NCBI GenBank assembly: GCA_040285855.1
Contig: JAUFOQ010000001.1
Coordinates: forward strand, 1,426,001 to 1,490,000
DNA length: 64,000 nucleotides
Source of the DNA: Eukaryota sp. GEM-RC1
Lineage: Eukaryota
Direction of reading: 5' to 3'
Position 1 is the first letter of the stretch. Every line of letters begins with the position of its first letter. Positions 49,401-62,709 of the stretch are shown here, piece by piece. The notes under the pieces were generated by a model that worked only from the letters and a program-made list of their open reading frames with translations, did no database searches and was not told the DNA's origin. The position numbers and the translations under genes are program-made.

Positions 49401-51004
49401 CCACTGGCAAAACCCTCTTACATTACGTTGCAATCCACGGTGACGATCACGTCGCAATCAAAGTACTTTTACTTGGAGGTTATGCCAACACTCAAGATGA
49501 TATCAAGAGAACCCCACTTCATTACGCTTGTTTAAAGGGAAATGGTTCTGTAGCTCAGGTTTTCTTAAAGAATAAGGGAGATCCTATCCTAGTTGATAGC
49601 AAGGGTATGAATGCACTTCATTTGGCTTGTAAGAAGGGGAATTCTGGTATCGTAAAGGTGATTTTCCAGTTGTTTGATGATTTTCCTTTGGGTTTGAAGG
49701 ATAATTATGGTAAGACTGCGTTAATGTATGCTGCAGCGGTGGGAAATAAGGTCGCAGTGACTAAAATATTATCCAAAATTTTAATTTTGAAGGACTTGGT
49801 TGATGTTTGCAATCAAGGATGCACAGCTCTTCATTACGCTTGTCACGTCAACAACGATTCCATCATTAACACGATTTTTGACAAAATCACAGAATTTTCA
49901 AAATGTCTTGAAAACCAAACCCAATCCAAAAATTTCCCTGAATTATTTAATTTTGTCAACCGCCAAGACCGCAATGGTCTGGCTCCCATCCATTTGGCAT
50001 GTTCCTTTGGTAATGTAAACTGTCTCCAACAATTGGTAGCAATCCCCAAGATCAACCTCAGTATAAAAGCTGAAGGACTTAACTGCATGACTCCAATTCA
50101 TTTCACCTTTAATGACGCTCTAACTCAACAACCTGAGACTTACCAACGTCTCCTTGACTGTAGATATCTTCTTCTTGAAGTAGGGGCGTCGCTATTACCA
50201 GTTGATAGTCAAGGTAATACTCCTTTGCATTACGCGACTGAAAGAAAGGATCAGACCAGCATTTTCATGTTTCTATCGTTTGGAGCAGATCCAACAGCTC
50301 AAAATAAGTTCAAAAAGACTCCATTGATGACGTGTTCTGAATCGTTCTTAGAGTCACTTCTTCCTATTTGGAGATCAGAAATGGAATCTCAAATCTCTCT
50401 GACTAGTTCTCTACTTCATTCACCTTCTTCTTCTGTATTAGAGTTGTTACACAAGTCTTTTACTGGTAAACTTATCTTAGAAAAAGATGAGATAATGTTT
50501 GAGAAACTTTTAGTAGAAGAACCTTCTGGGTCGCTCTCAATGCTATATCAAAAGCTAGCTGCGTTCTATTTATTAGTATTAGATTATCTAAAAATTAAGA
50601 AAACTCCTAAAACTGGTCCTTTCTATGCTACCAGAATTCACGATCGTCCAGCACTTTCCCTACCCATTCTAGTTCCTTCTCATGCTGTTCCTTTTCTCAC
50701 GTCAGCCGATTCGTTTATTGACTTCAATGCTAAGAAGAATACGTTTCACGTTGATCATGTTGAGTTTTCTAATTCTGGTGATGGTGATGCTATTGTTAAT
50801 ATTGTTCTACCTCAGTTGTGTTCTAATTATTTACTGGAAGTAGAACCCTTGTCTTTTGTTTTAAAACCAAAACAATCTATTGAAGTTCGAATGAGTATTA
50901 AAATGAGAAAGTGTGGGGTTTTGAAGGAAGTTTTGTATGTTGATGTTAGGAATGGGATGAGAATGTGTCTGCCTTTGAGGATAGTTTGTAAACCTCAGGA
51001 TTAA
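46442..51004 (+). CDS. Very long ankyrin-repeat protein with a C-terminal Ig/MSP-like beta domain
   Basis: Many G.TPLH.A repeats; one intron; shifts at ~48365, ~49063 and ~49270 fall in C/G homopolymers. Confidence 0.85.
47088..47118 (+). other. 31-nt spliceosomal intron
   Basis: GTTTGT..CTAACCGTAG; removal gives the in-frame ankyrin motif NTPLHYCCFMG. Confidence 0.85.
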
Positions 51005-51432
51005 GTTTTCAAAAATTGTATAATTTTATTTCGATGATGGTCTTTTGTAGCATTATGTAATTTATTTCATAGAACTTTGTATTATTTTTAAATGATTAAA
51101 TATTTAAAATATTTTAATTTTTTCCTTTAAGTACTGTTGAAATTGATAGTTGTGATCATCATTTGTTGTTTAATTCAGTATACATAAATACATCGACTTA
51201 AACCAGTAATCTTGAACCGGTGAACTTAAAGTTTATTCAGTTTTTTAAGGATTTGAATATGTTTCATGACAATTTGTACTCTAAATGTTCATGTGTTTTA
51301 TGTGAGATGTATACACCGCAGCAGTACATGTAATTAGTCTCACTTCAAAATCAGTCACAATCAGACTAATGTATTTACTTGTGTATCTTCCATAATGTTC
51401 ACCAAACATATTTGCAGTGAACGACGACTAGG

Positions 51433-51868
51433 CAGTGTTCGAAACGGTGTGAACACGTTTGGATACGTGTTTCACACATGTCTTTTGTTTTTGGACACGT
51501 GTGCACCTTTTGATGACTCAAGGATTGTTCAGTTTCTGAAATTAGTTGTTAGAGATTGGTGTAACAAAACAGCGTCACATTGGATTAATAAAACAGAGGA
51601 TCTTTGTTTTAAATATCAACGCACTTCTGAATTGATCCAACGTTATTTATTGACTATCATATATGAATATACTTTCTTGCATGTAGTCCCAATTTTATTG
51701 GACATCAGATCTCTCAATATCAGGATTGTATGTAGAGACGATGCCAGTTTGAAATGGGAGGAGAATTAAATCTTGAAAAAGATTGAAGTACCCAATTCAC
51801 ACCGCTTTGACACGTGTTCGGTGTGTACACGTGTCTTTTTTGAATTACACGTGTGTTTTAGATCACTG
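51433..51868. mobile_element. hAT-like MITE with ACACGT subterminal motifs
   Basis: CAGTGTTCGAAAC / inverted CAGTGATCTAAAA; TSD degenerate. Confidence 0.5.
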
Positions 51869-52299
51869 CTTCTGGGGATTGAAAGAACTTCTTGGAAACA
51901 GAAACAGATGCATGGTGGACATTTAGAAAAGCAATTGAAGGGTGCGTTTCTCAATGAGAAGTGGGTTAAGGAATACCAAGAGACTTAAAACTCTTTTTTA
52001 AGCTATTTGTACTGTTTTGTTCGGCATGAGACATGGTATTTAATAAAGTGTTTTGCAGTTTTACCCTTACTTCAGGAAGAAACACTTCCTACTGCTGTGA
52101 ATGTACCTGTAGTTTTGTTTCAAACAGAATCAAATTGGATAAGCAATTACTACAATGAAAGTTCCAATCACAAAAGATTTACCTAAGAAATAGACACACT
52201 ATAATAATCTCCGTGCTAGTAGGAAATTTATTTCAGTCATTTTAAGTTAACGATGGTCGAGTCAATCACATTCTTTATTACAAGAGAGTTTACCGAAAT

Positions 52300-52970
52300 A
52301 CCGAAAATAAATCTACAGTTTTCAGAACAAAGAAACGTCACATAAAAACAAGAATATCATAAAATTTAATAAACAATAAATTTCTAAATGAAATATGCTT
52401 ATAGATGAAAGTGTCAAAAATACATATCAACTTAAAAGCAATGAAACACTAGACACAGAATATTTCTGGACAACACTTCCACAATATATTTTACTTCACC
52501 TTTTCAATTTGTAATTGGTATCAGCAATATTCTAATGCAATTCACTTTTCAATGATATCATGAAAGCCTTTCATGGTTTATATGCTAATTTACGTTTAGT
52601 TTCAGTGATTAAGCCAAAGTGATTCCTTGGTAACCTAGTTACCCTTCATTCCAGGGTTACTACCAAATTTAATGGTCCTCTTCACTGCAGAACTGAAGGC
52701 TAGCTCAGGAAGTGTTAACCCATGTTCTTTTCATGTACATTGGACGTAAAACTTACATTATATTTTCCTACATAACAAAGGTTCCGTCATTTACTTACAA
52801 TAAGAGTCCACTTAATATCTATTCACCACAATTCAAACATCTATCACATACTAGTTTTCATTCATTACGTTAGTGGTAGAACTCAGCGAAATCTACACAA
52901 ATTAAGAGATTATTGAAACAGATTATAATGAGATATAACCTGCAACTTCCAATAGTTGTCATTAATTCAT
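52300..52970. repeat. Direct duplicate of ~61595-62260 (3' flank of a minus-strand SPRY copy)
   Basis: Long near-identical stretch, e.g. CAACACTTCCACAATATATTTTACTTCACC.. Confidence 0.9.
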
Positions 52971-52984
52971 TTATTAATTTTTCG

Positions 52985-53400
52985 TTCTCATTGCTCACGT
53001 CATCCTCCAAGTACTTACGTTTTCAGCAGTCTTTATTGCTCTTTACTAATCTTCACTTGTTTGTGCTCTAAAACTCCTGTCTCAACGTCAATCCTGGAGA
53101 TCATGCATTTTTATTGAAATGTATTCCGTTCCGTCATTTGAAGCAAGGTTTATAGTGCTTCTTTAAACAAGTTATCTTTGTGGCCCACAGTTTCTTTAAT
53201 CTCCTCATCAATCAGTCAACGTGTTTCTTCAATCAAACACGATTCCTGTGTTACATTAAACCCTTCCTCAACTACATTCATTTGCTCAATTCTTTATAGC
53301 AGATGTACAGTCTATTTTCTTGCACGTGATTCGAGAATTGAATTCAATCTGAGTAATCACAATGTATTCAGGAACAAATGTTTATGTTTCTTTCTAATTC
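52985..53400 (+). pseudogene. LRR-gene 5' remnant / BTB-SPRY upstream unit in inverted orientation, with no BTB gene attached
   Basis: Reverse complement of the 9400-9765 type upstream sequence. Confidence 0.7.
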
Positions 53401-54022
53401 TTTTTGTTATTCATGGGTATCTATATCTATCATAATTCTGCTATCAGAACCACGATAATGAAAGTAAGTTTCGTTATTGGTCTTCTCGCACATCCACCAG
53501 TAAGTTATTTCAAATTTCTTTCTCACCACCAAACATTGGTTTCTCAATCACCAAAGCTGTATTCTGGGGTTGTTGTAAGTTCATATACCAGTTTAATTTA
53601 ATTGATGACCTTAACATTTCATATCTCCAGATACGTGTACTTGATTAATGTATATTAAACCCTTCTGTGTTTCATGTGACGAACCATTGAATTAATAATG
53701 TAAGCCGTGAACAACGTAAAATGCCGTTTAGTTAACAAATTACGTACTACAAAAATCAAAGTTCGAGATTCAAAACAGAATACTTCATCACGATGCCCAA
53801 AGGCAGAACAACAAACGAAGAAGGAAGGAAAGCCAGTTTATAGATAAAAGTAACCGCTCTTGAACCAGTATCCCGTCATCATAAGTAACTCTAAGAACTA
53901 CAAACAACACCACTTCTTCCCATTTCTTTGGAAGCTATACAGAGAACTTATATGAACACTGAATGGAGGTTCAACAAATGCTTGGGACCTGGGTACGAGT
54001 CACTGGTGAGAGACAAGAAGTT

Positions 54023-54300
54023 TCAATCACAAGCCAAAAGGCCATTCTGATGACACTTAAAACAAGTAACATTAACCAGATTGCGAGATCTAGCAGAAGA
54101 ACGGGCCTTCGTGTCAACTTCCCGAGAGGGATCATTATCTTCGGCCGTAAACCTTGGAGACTTCTTCCAAGAGGCTACTCTGGAACAATCAAGAAACTCA
54201 TCCGTTGCAATTTCTACCAAGAAAGAGAAGTCTGGTAAAACCTCGTCGCGAATCCGAGCTATCAATGATTTCTGCAAGCCCATAGGAAGAATCCCCTTGG
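54023..54300 (-). mobile_element. gag-like zinc-knuckle remnant
   Basis: VTCFKCHQNGLLACD resembles a decayed CX2CX4HX4C. Confidence 0.4.
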
Positions 54301-54439
54301 CAAATCATGAAAGCTGAGTAAGGCAACTTCTGTATCTAAGAAACTTTAAGGACTACAAACAACAACAATCCATATCTAATTTCAAGTCCACAAGATCAAG
54401 CTCGTTCAACACAACATGTTGTTAGTCCATAGCTGCTTC

Positions 54440-54960
54440 ATGTAGGATTCTATCATGTCAAAGATGATTTTCCACATGGTTTCGCCAAGCATTTGAATCG
54501 TGTCCACTCGTAGTTGATTAATCGTCGACTGTGTTGCATTGGATATAACTCTATGAAGTCTGCTTTTGGTTTATGGTAACAACTTTACTTAACCCAGCTG
54601 TACCGTGCATGGAAGTTAGCGATTTTTCTCTGATGTGGATCGGAAGAACTATGAATGAAGATCAGCTATATCATTCAACACGTGTGGTAGACATCTTCTT
54701 TGGTAAAAAATGTTCTTGAAGGCATTGGCAATATCAGGCTCATTATCAGTGATTACACACTGAATTTTAAATTCATTATGAGTGTCAATCACAAAAGCAT
54801 TTACTAATTTCACGCTATGTTGGTGAATTGGTCCTAAGTAATAACAGTAGCTAACAGTGGGAATGGCGCAGTTTTGATGATGTACAATGAGCTTACGCAT
54901 GGTCTGAGTTCTGCAACACGGAAGAGATTGAGGTCTAGACTGTGTGCAGTACATCATTGG
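54440..54960 (-). mobile_element. hAT transposase core remnant
   Basis: CVITDNEPDIANA..RCLPHVLN (TDN and CxxH motifs). Confidence 0.65.
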
Positions 54961-56053
54961 GAAATTATGTCATGAGTGCATGACTAGTACTTTTTCTTCT
55001 TCGGCAACTCTAGTTATTGTTTCCATTGTTTCGGCGGGTTCTTCTTCTTCTACCAACAATGCTAAAGAATCTTCTCTGTTTGTTACCCACCTTTCCACAT
55101 CCAAAAGCGCATCTCCAACTCAAATATTTGATTGATAGTGATGAGATTCAAACTTTTGGGTTCTTGTTTCAGAAGAGGAGTATTGAAATGAATCATCTTC
55201 ATGTCATCTAAATGATCGTTGATTACAATGAAAGTCTACAGTTTTTGTTCTTAACTTTATGTATTTGTACTATAAACTAATCCGAAGGTGCCCATCAAGA
55301 TTTGAATAGACACACTATAAAATTGTTTATACAAACATGTATTACATTCATATATATGTTATAAAAATAAAAAACTCTAATGTATTTGAACATCTACAAC
55401 TGACTGTTGGTCTAGTCAATTGTTTGACATCCCTCTTCGTCGTCAGGGCTCTTAAATCTCGTACTTCTCTCAGTGGGAATACCAAAATAAAGTACCCTTG
55501 AATTTCTTTGCAGCCTTCCTGTCTTGAAATGCAAGTAATGATGAAAGAAAACTGTTATTTTTGTGATGAAGCGACTTGAAGACATATCATGAGCAGTAAA
55601 ATATTTGAAGATGTATACAATGGTATTGAGTTTATTTCGGACACTTCTAATGATGATGTACAATAGAATACATTGTATTATATAATATAGTAATAAATTG
55701 TATGTGGGGATTTTGTGATTAATACATAATATGATTCATATTGTTGCAATACTGAAATATTGCAATACTTGTTGAAGAACTGCGATATTTATTGGCTCTA
55801 TTTCAGAATTGCAATATTTATTGTGTGGCTAAAATATGTTTATATTTCTTGCAATATTGATTTCACACCCCTGGTCCAAACACCGTTTAGCTCTTCAATT
55901 TCCAGTGTTCTGTTTTATTGCCAATAACACTTACACTATTCTAAGTCATCTTGGATCCATTGAAAACGGTTATTCCAAAAATAGTATCTCTATTTTAAGA
56001 GGAGAATTTAAAATTTGAAACGACAAGTAGACTAAAAAGTCCAACTGATTTAA

Positions 56054-59000
56054 ATGGATTGAAACAACCCTCCATCCACACTACTCTCTCATATCAGACA
56101 TGATAATGTCTTCTCTGATCAGATCATAGTATTTAAAGGTACTCGTTTGAATCTTCATCGAATGGTTCTCGCTGCTTCGTCTTGTTACTTTCATGATTTA
56201 TGGGCCCAGAAGAATCAAAACAGTATCTCCGATGCTATCACCCTTGATCATCTTCCTGTTTCTGCTGAAAACCTCAACATAATCTTCGATTACTTTTATG
56301 GCTCTTCCTTCAAACTCACTGATGCCAACTTCTATGAAATCTTCTATCTCTCTAGATACTTCCGCATCCAATCATTACAAACTGCATGTGCTAATCTCAT
56401 TGAACGGAAGATGAAAGATGACGCCAGGTTCTTCTTCTCTTCCATCCGCAGATCTATGAACATCGGGGACTCTGACTTCCTCTCTACAATTGACTATGTA
56501 GAAGTCTTGATGGAAGAACAACTAGACCCCATCGCCACGTCACCAACAGTCATCCAGTCTTTCCTCTTCAAAATCAACAGACAAGCTTTGGTCAAGTGGT
56601 TCTTGCAGAGCATTGCCGTTTCAATACCAGAGCAAGAGTGGAGTAATGATGACGTCATCACGATGACGTGAAAAACACCTTAAAGCTACTACCGAATGCT
56701 GCAGGACTATCTGAAGTCTACGAGTGGTTAGTAGAACCTCTAATTGAGCTGGGTACAATTGACAAAGAGTTAGCCCAGTTCTCAGTAGATTATGTATTGA
56801 AACATGATGATGATATTCCTGAGAAGTGGTTTCTATGGGTAGTTAAAGTGGCCAATGAACACTCAATATTATGGAAAGATCTCTTAAAAGTCATTGTAAA
56901 GGTTGATCGACTTCAGTCTAGTGCTTTTCCCATCTCAATGGTCAACTTGCCTTCATTGATTCCAGAAAACAAAGATCATGATATTATTCCGTGGCTCTTC
57001 AAGTGTCTGGCTCTATCGTGGATTGATTGCTCGGATAAAGAATACAATCATAAGGTTTTCTGCCGTGTTTTAGACAAATTAGATGTTTCTTTTGTTTATG
57101 CACGATGGTTTCTTAAAGAGGTCTTTGAATTGCTGAAGTCAGATGGGTCTGTCAGTTTGCTATTGTGTCGTTTCATTCTAAAACACAACCTTGTTGCTAA
57201 AGTTGATACTACTCAATGTGAACCTCCAACGATCTCCATGTCTGACTTTACCTCTTTGTTGAGTGATCGTCCTAGTGAACTTCACCAAGCCACTCTTTGC
57301 TGGTTACTTAGGTGTTTGGTCAAGTCTTGGATAGAGTGGAGTGTGAGGAGAAAGAGAACAATTGGGAGTTGTTCTTTATGATTCTGGCCCAGTTTGACGT
57401 CTCCACTGTTCCAGTGAATTGGATTTATCGTCAAGTATTTGAACCATTAGCCAGTGATGGGTTTTTGAGACGTGACTTACTAGAGTTTTCAGCACATCAC
57501 ATAACCCCACGATTAGTAAGTGGTGCTGATGACGTTGTTTTTGAGCCTCTACAAGCTGATGTCGTACATAAATCAGTGAATAGTTCTCGAAAGACTATGA
57601 TCTTGCCTGCATCCCTGATGGACTTTGCTAAAGAGTTTGAAGGAATTGACGTCACACCTGCAAATATTCTTCATCTTTTTGAGTTGGACAAAAATAAGTC
57701 TCATTTTCTAAAAACTCGCCTTGTGGAATTAACTGTTTTTTTAATAGACACTCATCCAAGTGCTTTTAATGACGAAGTTTTCGTTAAATTTCTCGAACTT
57801 TTTTCCACGCGCAGCAGAGACTTTGTTAATCTCGTTTGGTGTAAACTTCCACAGCTGTTTGATGTCGATCTGTTGCTTAAATCTTGCTCACGTGGTTGGA
57901 GAAGCAAAATTTCTCACTTATACGATGAAATTGTAGAGTATTTAATCAAGAACAATCCTTATTCATTGACAGTTGATGTTTTTACCAAAGTTTTCGGGTA
58001 TTTTGCCGATAATTGCGACGCCACTTTCAGGTTTTTAATGCACGTCATTGATTCAGTAGATCAACCTTTATTCGATCGTTACATTAAATCATCCCATTGC
58101 AATATGAATAAGACTATTTCATTCTTGTGGCCCAATAACCTTAAATTTCTATCTTCTACTGTAATTGATCGTATCTGGATGTCTCATGAAGTGCTGGAAA
58201 GTTTCAACGGATTAGCCAGAGACTTGTTAAATTATTTATTCCAAAATCAATCGTTTAGTACATTTGAAGTGTATTTGTCTTCATTTATCCATTATTATAA
58301 CGGTAAAGATAAATTAGAGCTAATTAGTCCAATTTGGAAAACCCATTGTTCTAAGTTCTCGGATGCCGTTCACCGGTTAGTTGTTGAGTGTAATTCTCCT
58401 GAGATTACAGTGGAACTATTGGAAACTCTATGGAACTCTGATGATATTACTGAATTTAGTGTTGATTTGATTCAACTTCTTTGTGAAAGTTGTTTATCCT
58501 TTTCAATCAAAAGTTCATTCCGCAATCAAGTTCTTTGGTATCTTCCTGTGGGTCCTAACTGCCGAACAGGGGTTTCTGTGATTAAACAGTACAGCTCACG
58601 ATTAAGTGATGACTTATCAAAGGAAGAACTGCACGAATTGCTTGATTCAAATATTCTTTTCTTTTGGAAACGAGTGTTCTTTGAGGTTCTGGAACCAAAA
58701 ACTCACAATCCATTTGAGTTACATCGATTGTACAGTAAAAAATTAGCTGATGTTACTGAGTATACGTGGTATGACCGGAAATTGTTTGAAGAATCAACAT
58801 TTTTTAATTCTATTGAAGATTTGTCTGTTGTTCGGTGTAAGAATTTTACTGGATTTGTTATCGATAGTCGTAACCAAAATTATTTGAAACAATGTAATTT
58901 GAATGTTATCGAATCACTCTCATCTAGCAAGAAATTTGAAGTTCATGAATATTTCTTAACATCTGGTTCGTCTACTTCAATATCTAAGAAAGATAACAGA

Positions 59001-59237
59001 AGCTCAACTATTCTTCGATCGTGGAATTGTGATGGGAATTACTACGGTTACTATTCATGTTTCTTTAGTGTTGTCATTAATGTTGCAGAGAAGACAGTGA
59101 AACTGACACTTTATGATAGTAACAGATCGAGTCTGACATATCGTCAGCCATTTAGAATTTTCCAAGAAAATTTGCTCCGTAGTGGTAGTATGCTCGGTGA
59201 ATTTGAATTTACATCTGTTGATGTTTTAAATTTTTAA
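56054..59237 (+). pseudogene. Large BTB plus repeated helical-unit protein, a distant relative of the array genes
   Basis: LHRMVLAASSCYF..LDHLPVS..FYLSRYFRI; three W(F/L)xx(S/C)xxxS units; TGA at codon 3; 14-bp and 5-bp frameshifting insertions. Confidence 0.8.
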
Positions 59238-60199
59238 TTTGGGTTTATTGGAGCGTTGGTGTTCATCAACCACATCAATTTTGTAATGTGTTTTCAAAAA
59301 TATCGCGTCCCAGAGATTTTGGAGCTTCACACTAAGTGTAGTGTTTTTAAATCAAATAAATGCAGATGTGAATTTCAAACACACACGTCTTTTGCTTAAA
59401 TATGCTTTCCATTTAATGACTTTGGTAGATGATTCCAAATTTTATACTCGAAGGCAAGTCACAGACAAACTGTAGAATTTAAACATCTACAGGAAACCCT
59501 CTATAATTGCACACTTTTATTTCAGTTCATATTTAAATGATGGGGAAACAAACCAATTGCACACTCTGCATCTGTACTTGAAAAGGGGACAAAACAATTT
59601 CTAATTGCACACATTGACATCCTTTGCCTCAAAAAGTGGGTCATTATCCACAGAACAATGTGTTTTATTACGAGAACACTGCGGTAAATTACAAGAAAAC
59701 CTTTTTCTAGCAGTATAAACGCACTTCATTTTTGGATCTGTAGCCCACATGTCTTCTCATTTCAAGCAGTCATTAAAATTACTTTATCAATTCTTGAACT
59801 ATTTCGGAGTAGAAGACATCAAATTTTTAATAACTTGTTTTAAATTGCCAAACGCACAGGTCATTTACTTTACACTAATGAACTGTCTTCAAATTTTTAC
59901 ATCGGGTTATCCAGAGCTTATATCATGATAAAATACTGATTGGACATCTGGTATTCCTAGATTCAATACATTTGAAATAAACTTGTCCTTTGACATGTCG
60001 AATTTTGATCTTTCGTGACCTAAGTTCAACGGCTGTTTTAGAACGACCCATACGACAAACATATTTGTGATTGATCAATGATGTTCACTTTTAACATACT
60101 AGTATATATATAAATATAACAAACTAGAAAAACTAAAATTTGATATCATCAAAACAACACCTGTCGCTACCAAGTCTTACAACTTCCTTGCCCTTATTA

Positions 60200-60520
60200 A
60201 AAGAACTCATACTGGTTACGAATTGGGAAATGATTTAAAAGAAGAAAGAACAATACGATTCAACCATAACGTACAATCAAAGGGTTTATACATACTCATG
60301 TTTACGATTTTTTCGAAATCGTATAAAAAACTTAATATAATGTTTCTTAAACGGCCGTAAATTGATACATTAATGGCAATTATTCATACACAACAAGTAT
60401 CCATGTTTTGGTATCGTGGTCTTTTGTACTTATTCTCTGCGGCGTACTCAGAAGTGTCTAACAATGAAGCTTCAGAATAAGTATCTACTGCAAATGTCTT
60501 TTGCAAACTTTCACAAACAA
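60200..60520 (-). mobile_element. CRE-like 3' remnant
   Basis: INVSIYGRL..FLYDFEKI..WLNRIVLSSFK resembles AISLYGTF..FLTDFGKL..WRGRLSFSLFK. Confidence 0.5.
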
Positions 60521-62323
60521 TGCATCAACAATATGCAATTTTCTTAGTGCAACAACTTCTGATGTTCGTTTACCTTAGATAGATTCTGCCTTTCGGGATT
60601 AAAAGTATTTAATACTAAATAAAGACTGCTCAGTTTTAGGACATTAATTCCGCAGCAGAAATGGACGCACTATAATAGTCTCCGTGCTAGTACCAAATTG
60701 TTTTCATTAATTTAAGGTTAGTGATGGTCGAGTCAATCAAATTGTTTATAACAAGAGAGTTTTTGATGATATAAATGTTGAAGAATTTGTAGCAGCTAAA
60801 TTCTGATTATCGTTGTTAAACTAGAAATTTACATGAATAAATCAGAGAATCTGCATTTCAGAGTTGTATGTTTTATTATGAGTATTTTTTGCTTTTATAA
60901 CACGATTTTCAGTTGGCACAGAAAAATGCTGCATGATGAAGGAGCTGAGGAAGTGTTTTCATGGTAATAGATCTGAACTACATCTTGAAACAGATTTAAG
61001 AATCGTTTACTGACAGGTACCAAGTCAGAAACTTGCGGAAATAAGAAGAGAAGACCTAAGAGTTGAACAAAAGTTGTGTGATCACTCACTCTTAGCATTT
61101 GCGAAATATCCCTTTTGTCTCAAGGCCACAAAACGCAGTACTGAATTGCAGCTGATGTACATAATCGTTTCAACATGTCCTTTATAAATTCAATAAATCA
61201 TTTTCATGATTAACATGTTCTAGTACTAGTGGAAGTGACAATACTTGAAACATTGAATCAGTAACAAACATTGAATTATTGATTGATTCAATTTGAGACA
61301 TTGGAATTGGCAATGGTTAAATACCAATCATTGACATTGTTAATCAATTCAATTTTTCCAGGCTTTGGTGGAAAACTAGATGATTTTTAAGAGTAAGTTA
61401 CCGTCAACTGAACAAACATAAACTCCAGCTTTCTGACTCAAAGTTCTTTTAACAAGGCATGACCTAGTTGTATCCTAATTGTGGCTTCGTTGTTTTGGTA
61501 AATGATGTATTAAGTGTTTCACAGATGCAATTTTGGTACCTATGACCAGCCGTACATCAAGAATCATTATCTCGGTTTGAACGAAATACAAAAAGTACAT
61601 CTACAGTTTTCAGAACAAAGAAACATCACAATAAAAACAAGAATAGAGTAAAATTCAATAAACAATAAATTTCTAAATAAAACTGCTTGTAGTTGAAAGT
61701 GTCAAAAATACATATCAAATTAAAGGCTATGAAACACTACACACACAATGTTTCTGGTCAACACTTCCACAATATATTTTACTTCACCTTTTCAATTTGT
61801 AATTGGTATCAGCAATATTCTAATGCAATTCACTTTTCAATGATATCATGAAAGCCTTTCATGGTTTATATGCTAATTTACGTTTAGTTTCAGTGATTAA
61901 GCCAAAGTGATTCCTTGGTAACCTAGTTACCCTTCATTCCAGGGTTACTACCAAATTTAATGGTCCTCTTCACTGCATAACTGAAGACTAGCTCAGGAAG
62001 TGTTAACCCATGTTCTTTTCATGTACATTGGACGTAAAACTTATATTAAATTTCCCTACATGAACCATTCAGTCATTTACTTACAATGAGAGCCCAATCA
62101 ATATCTATTCACCACAACTCAAACATCTATCACATACTAGTCTTCATTCATTACTTTAGTGGTAGAACTCAGCGTACAAATCTACACAATATTAAGATAT
62201 TAACTGGAAACAGATTACACTGAATTACAACCTGCAACTTGAATAGTTGTCATTAATTCAAAAGTTAATCAGAATCACTGCTTTAAATGACGAGAATTGC
62301 CAACAATGACAATGTTATCAACT

Positions 62324-62629
62324 TTATTCAACAATTTCAAGTTCAAGATCACTACGATATAACATAGCAAATGCATAATAACTGCTACTACTTAATCTGG
62401 AAAGAGTTCCAGTAAGATTAATTAAAGAATAACTCACAGATTTGACTGTTAAAGTGTAATTAACTAGATTTACACTGATTTCGAGTAACTCACCCGGATT
62501 CCACTGAGTAGTGTTTCCTGAGAGACAACCATGAACGTGACCAACACCATTGAAAATACCGTGATCATTCTCATAACAATCATCAACACTAAACTTTGAC
62601 TCGTCAACGACTCCAACAAAAAGACTATT
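62324..62629 (-). pseudogene. SPRY-only 3' fragment (copy H)
   Basis: LFVGVVDESKFSVDDCYENDHGIFNGVGHVHGCLSG..AFAMLYRSDLELEIVE*. Confidence 0.88.
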
Positions 62630-62709
62630 CTTATAACGGTACAGATAAATTAGAGCTAATTAGTCCAATTTGGGAAACCCATTGTTCTAAGTTCTTGAAG
62701 TTATCAACT

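Noticed and set aside
27660..56062. Stop-codon reassignment (in-frame TAA 27660, TAG 43817 and 44606, TGA 56060)
   Set aside because: Isolated cases, some in otherwise damaged genes; TAA and TAG terminate the conserved BTB-SPRY ORFs, and long intact ORFs have no internal stops
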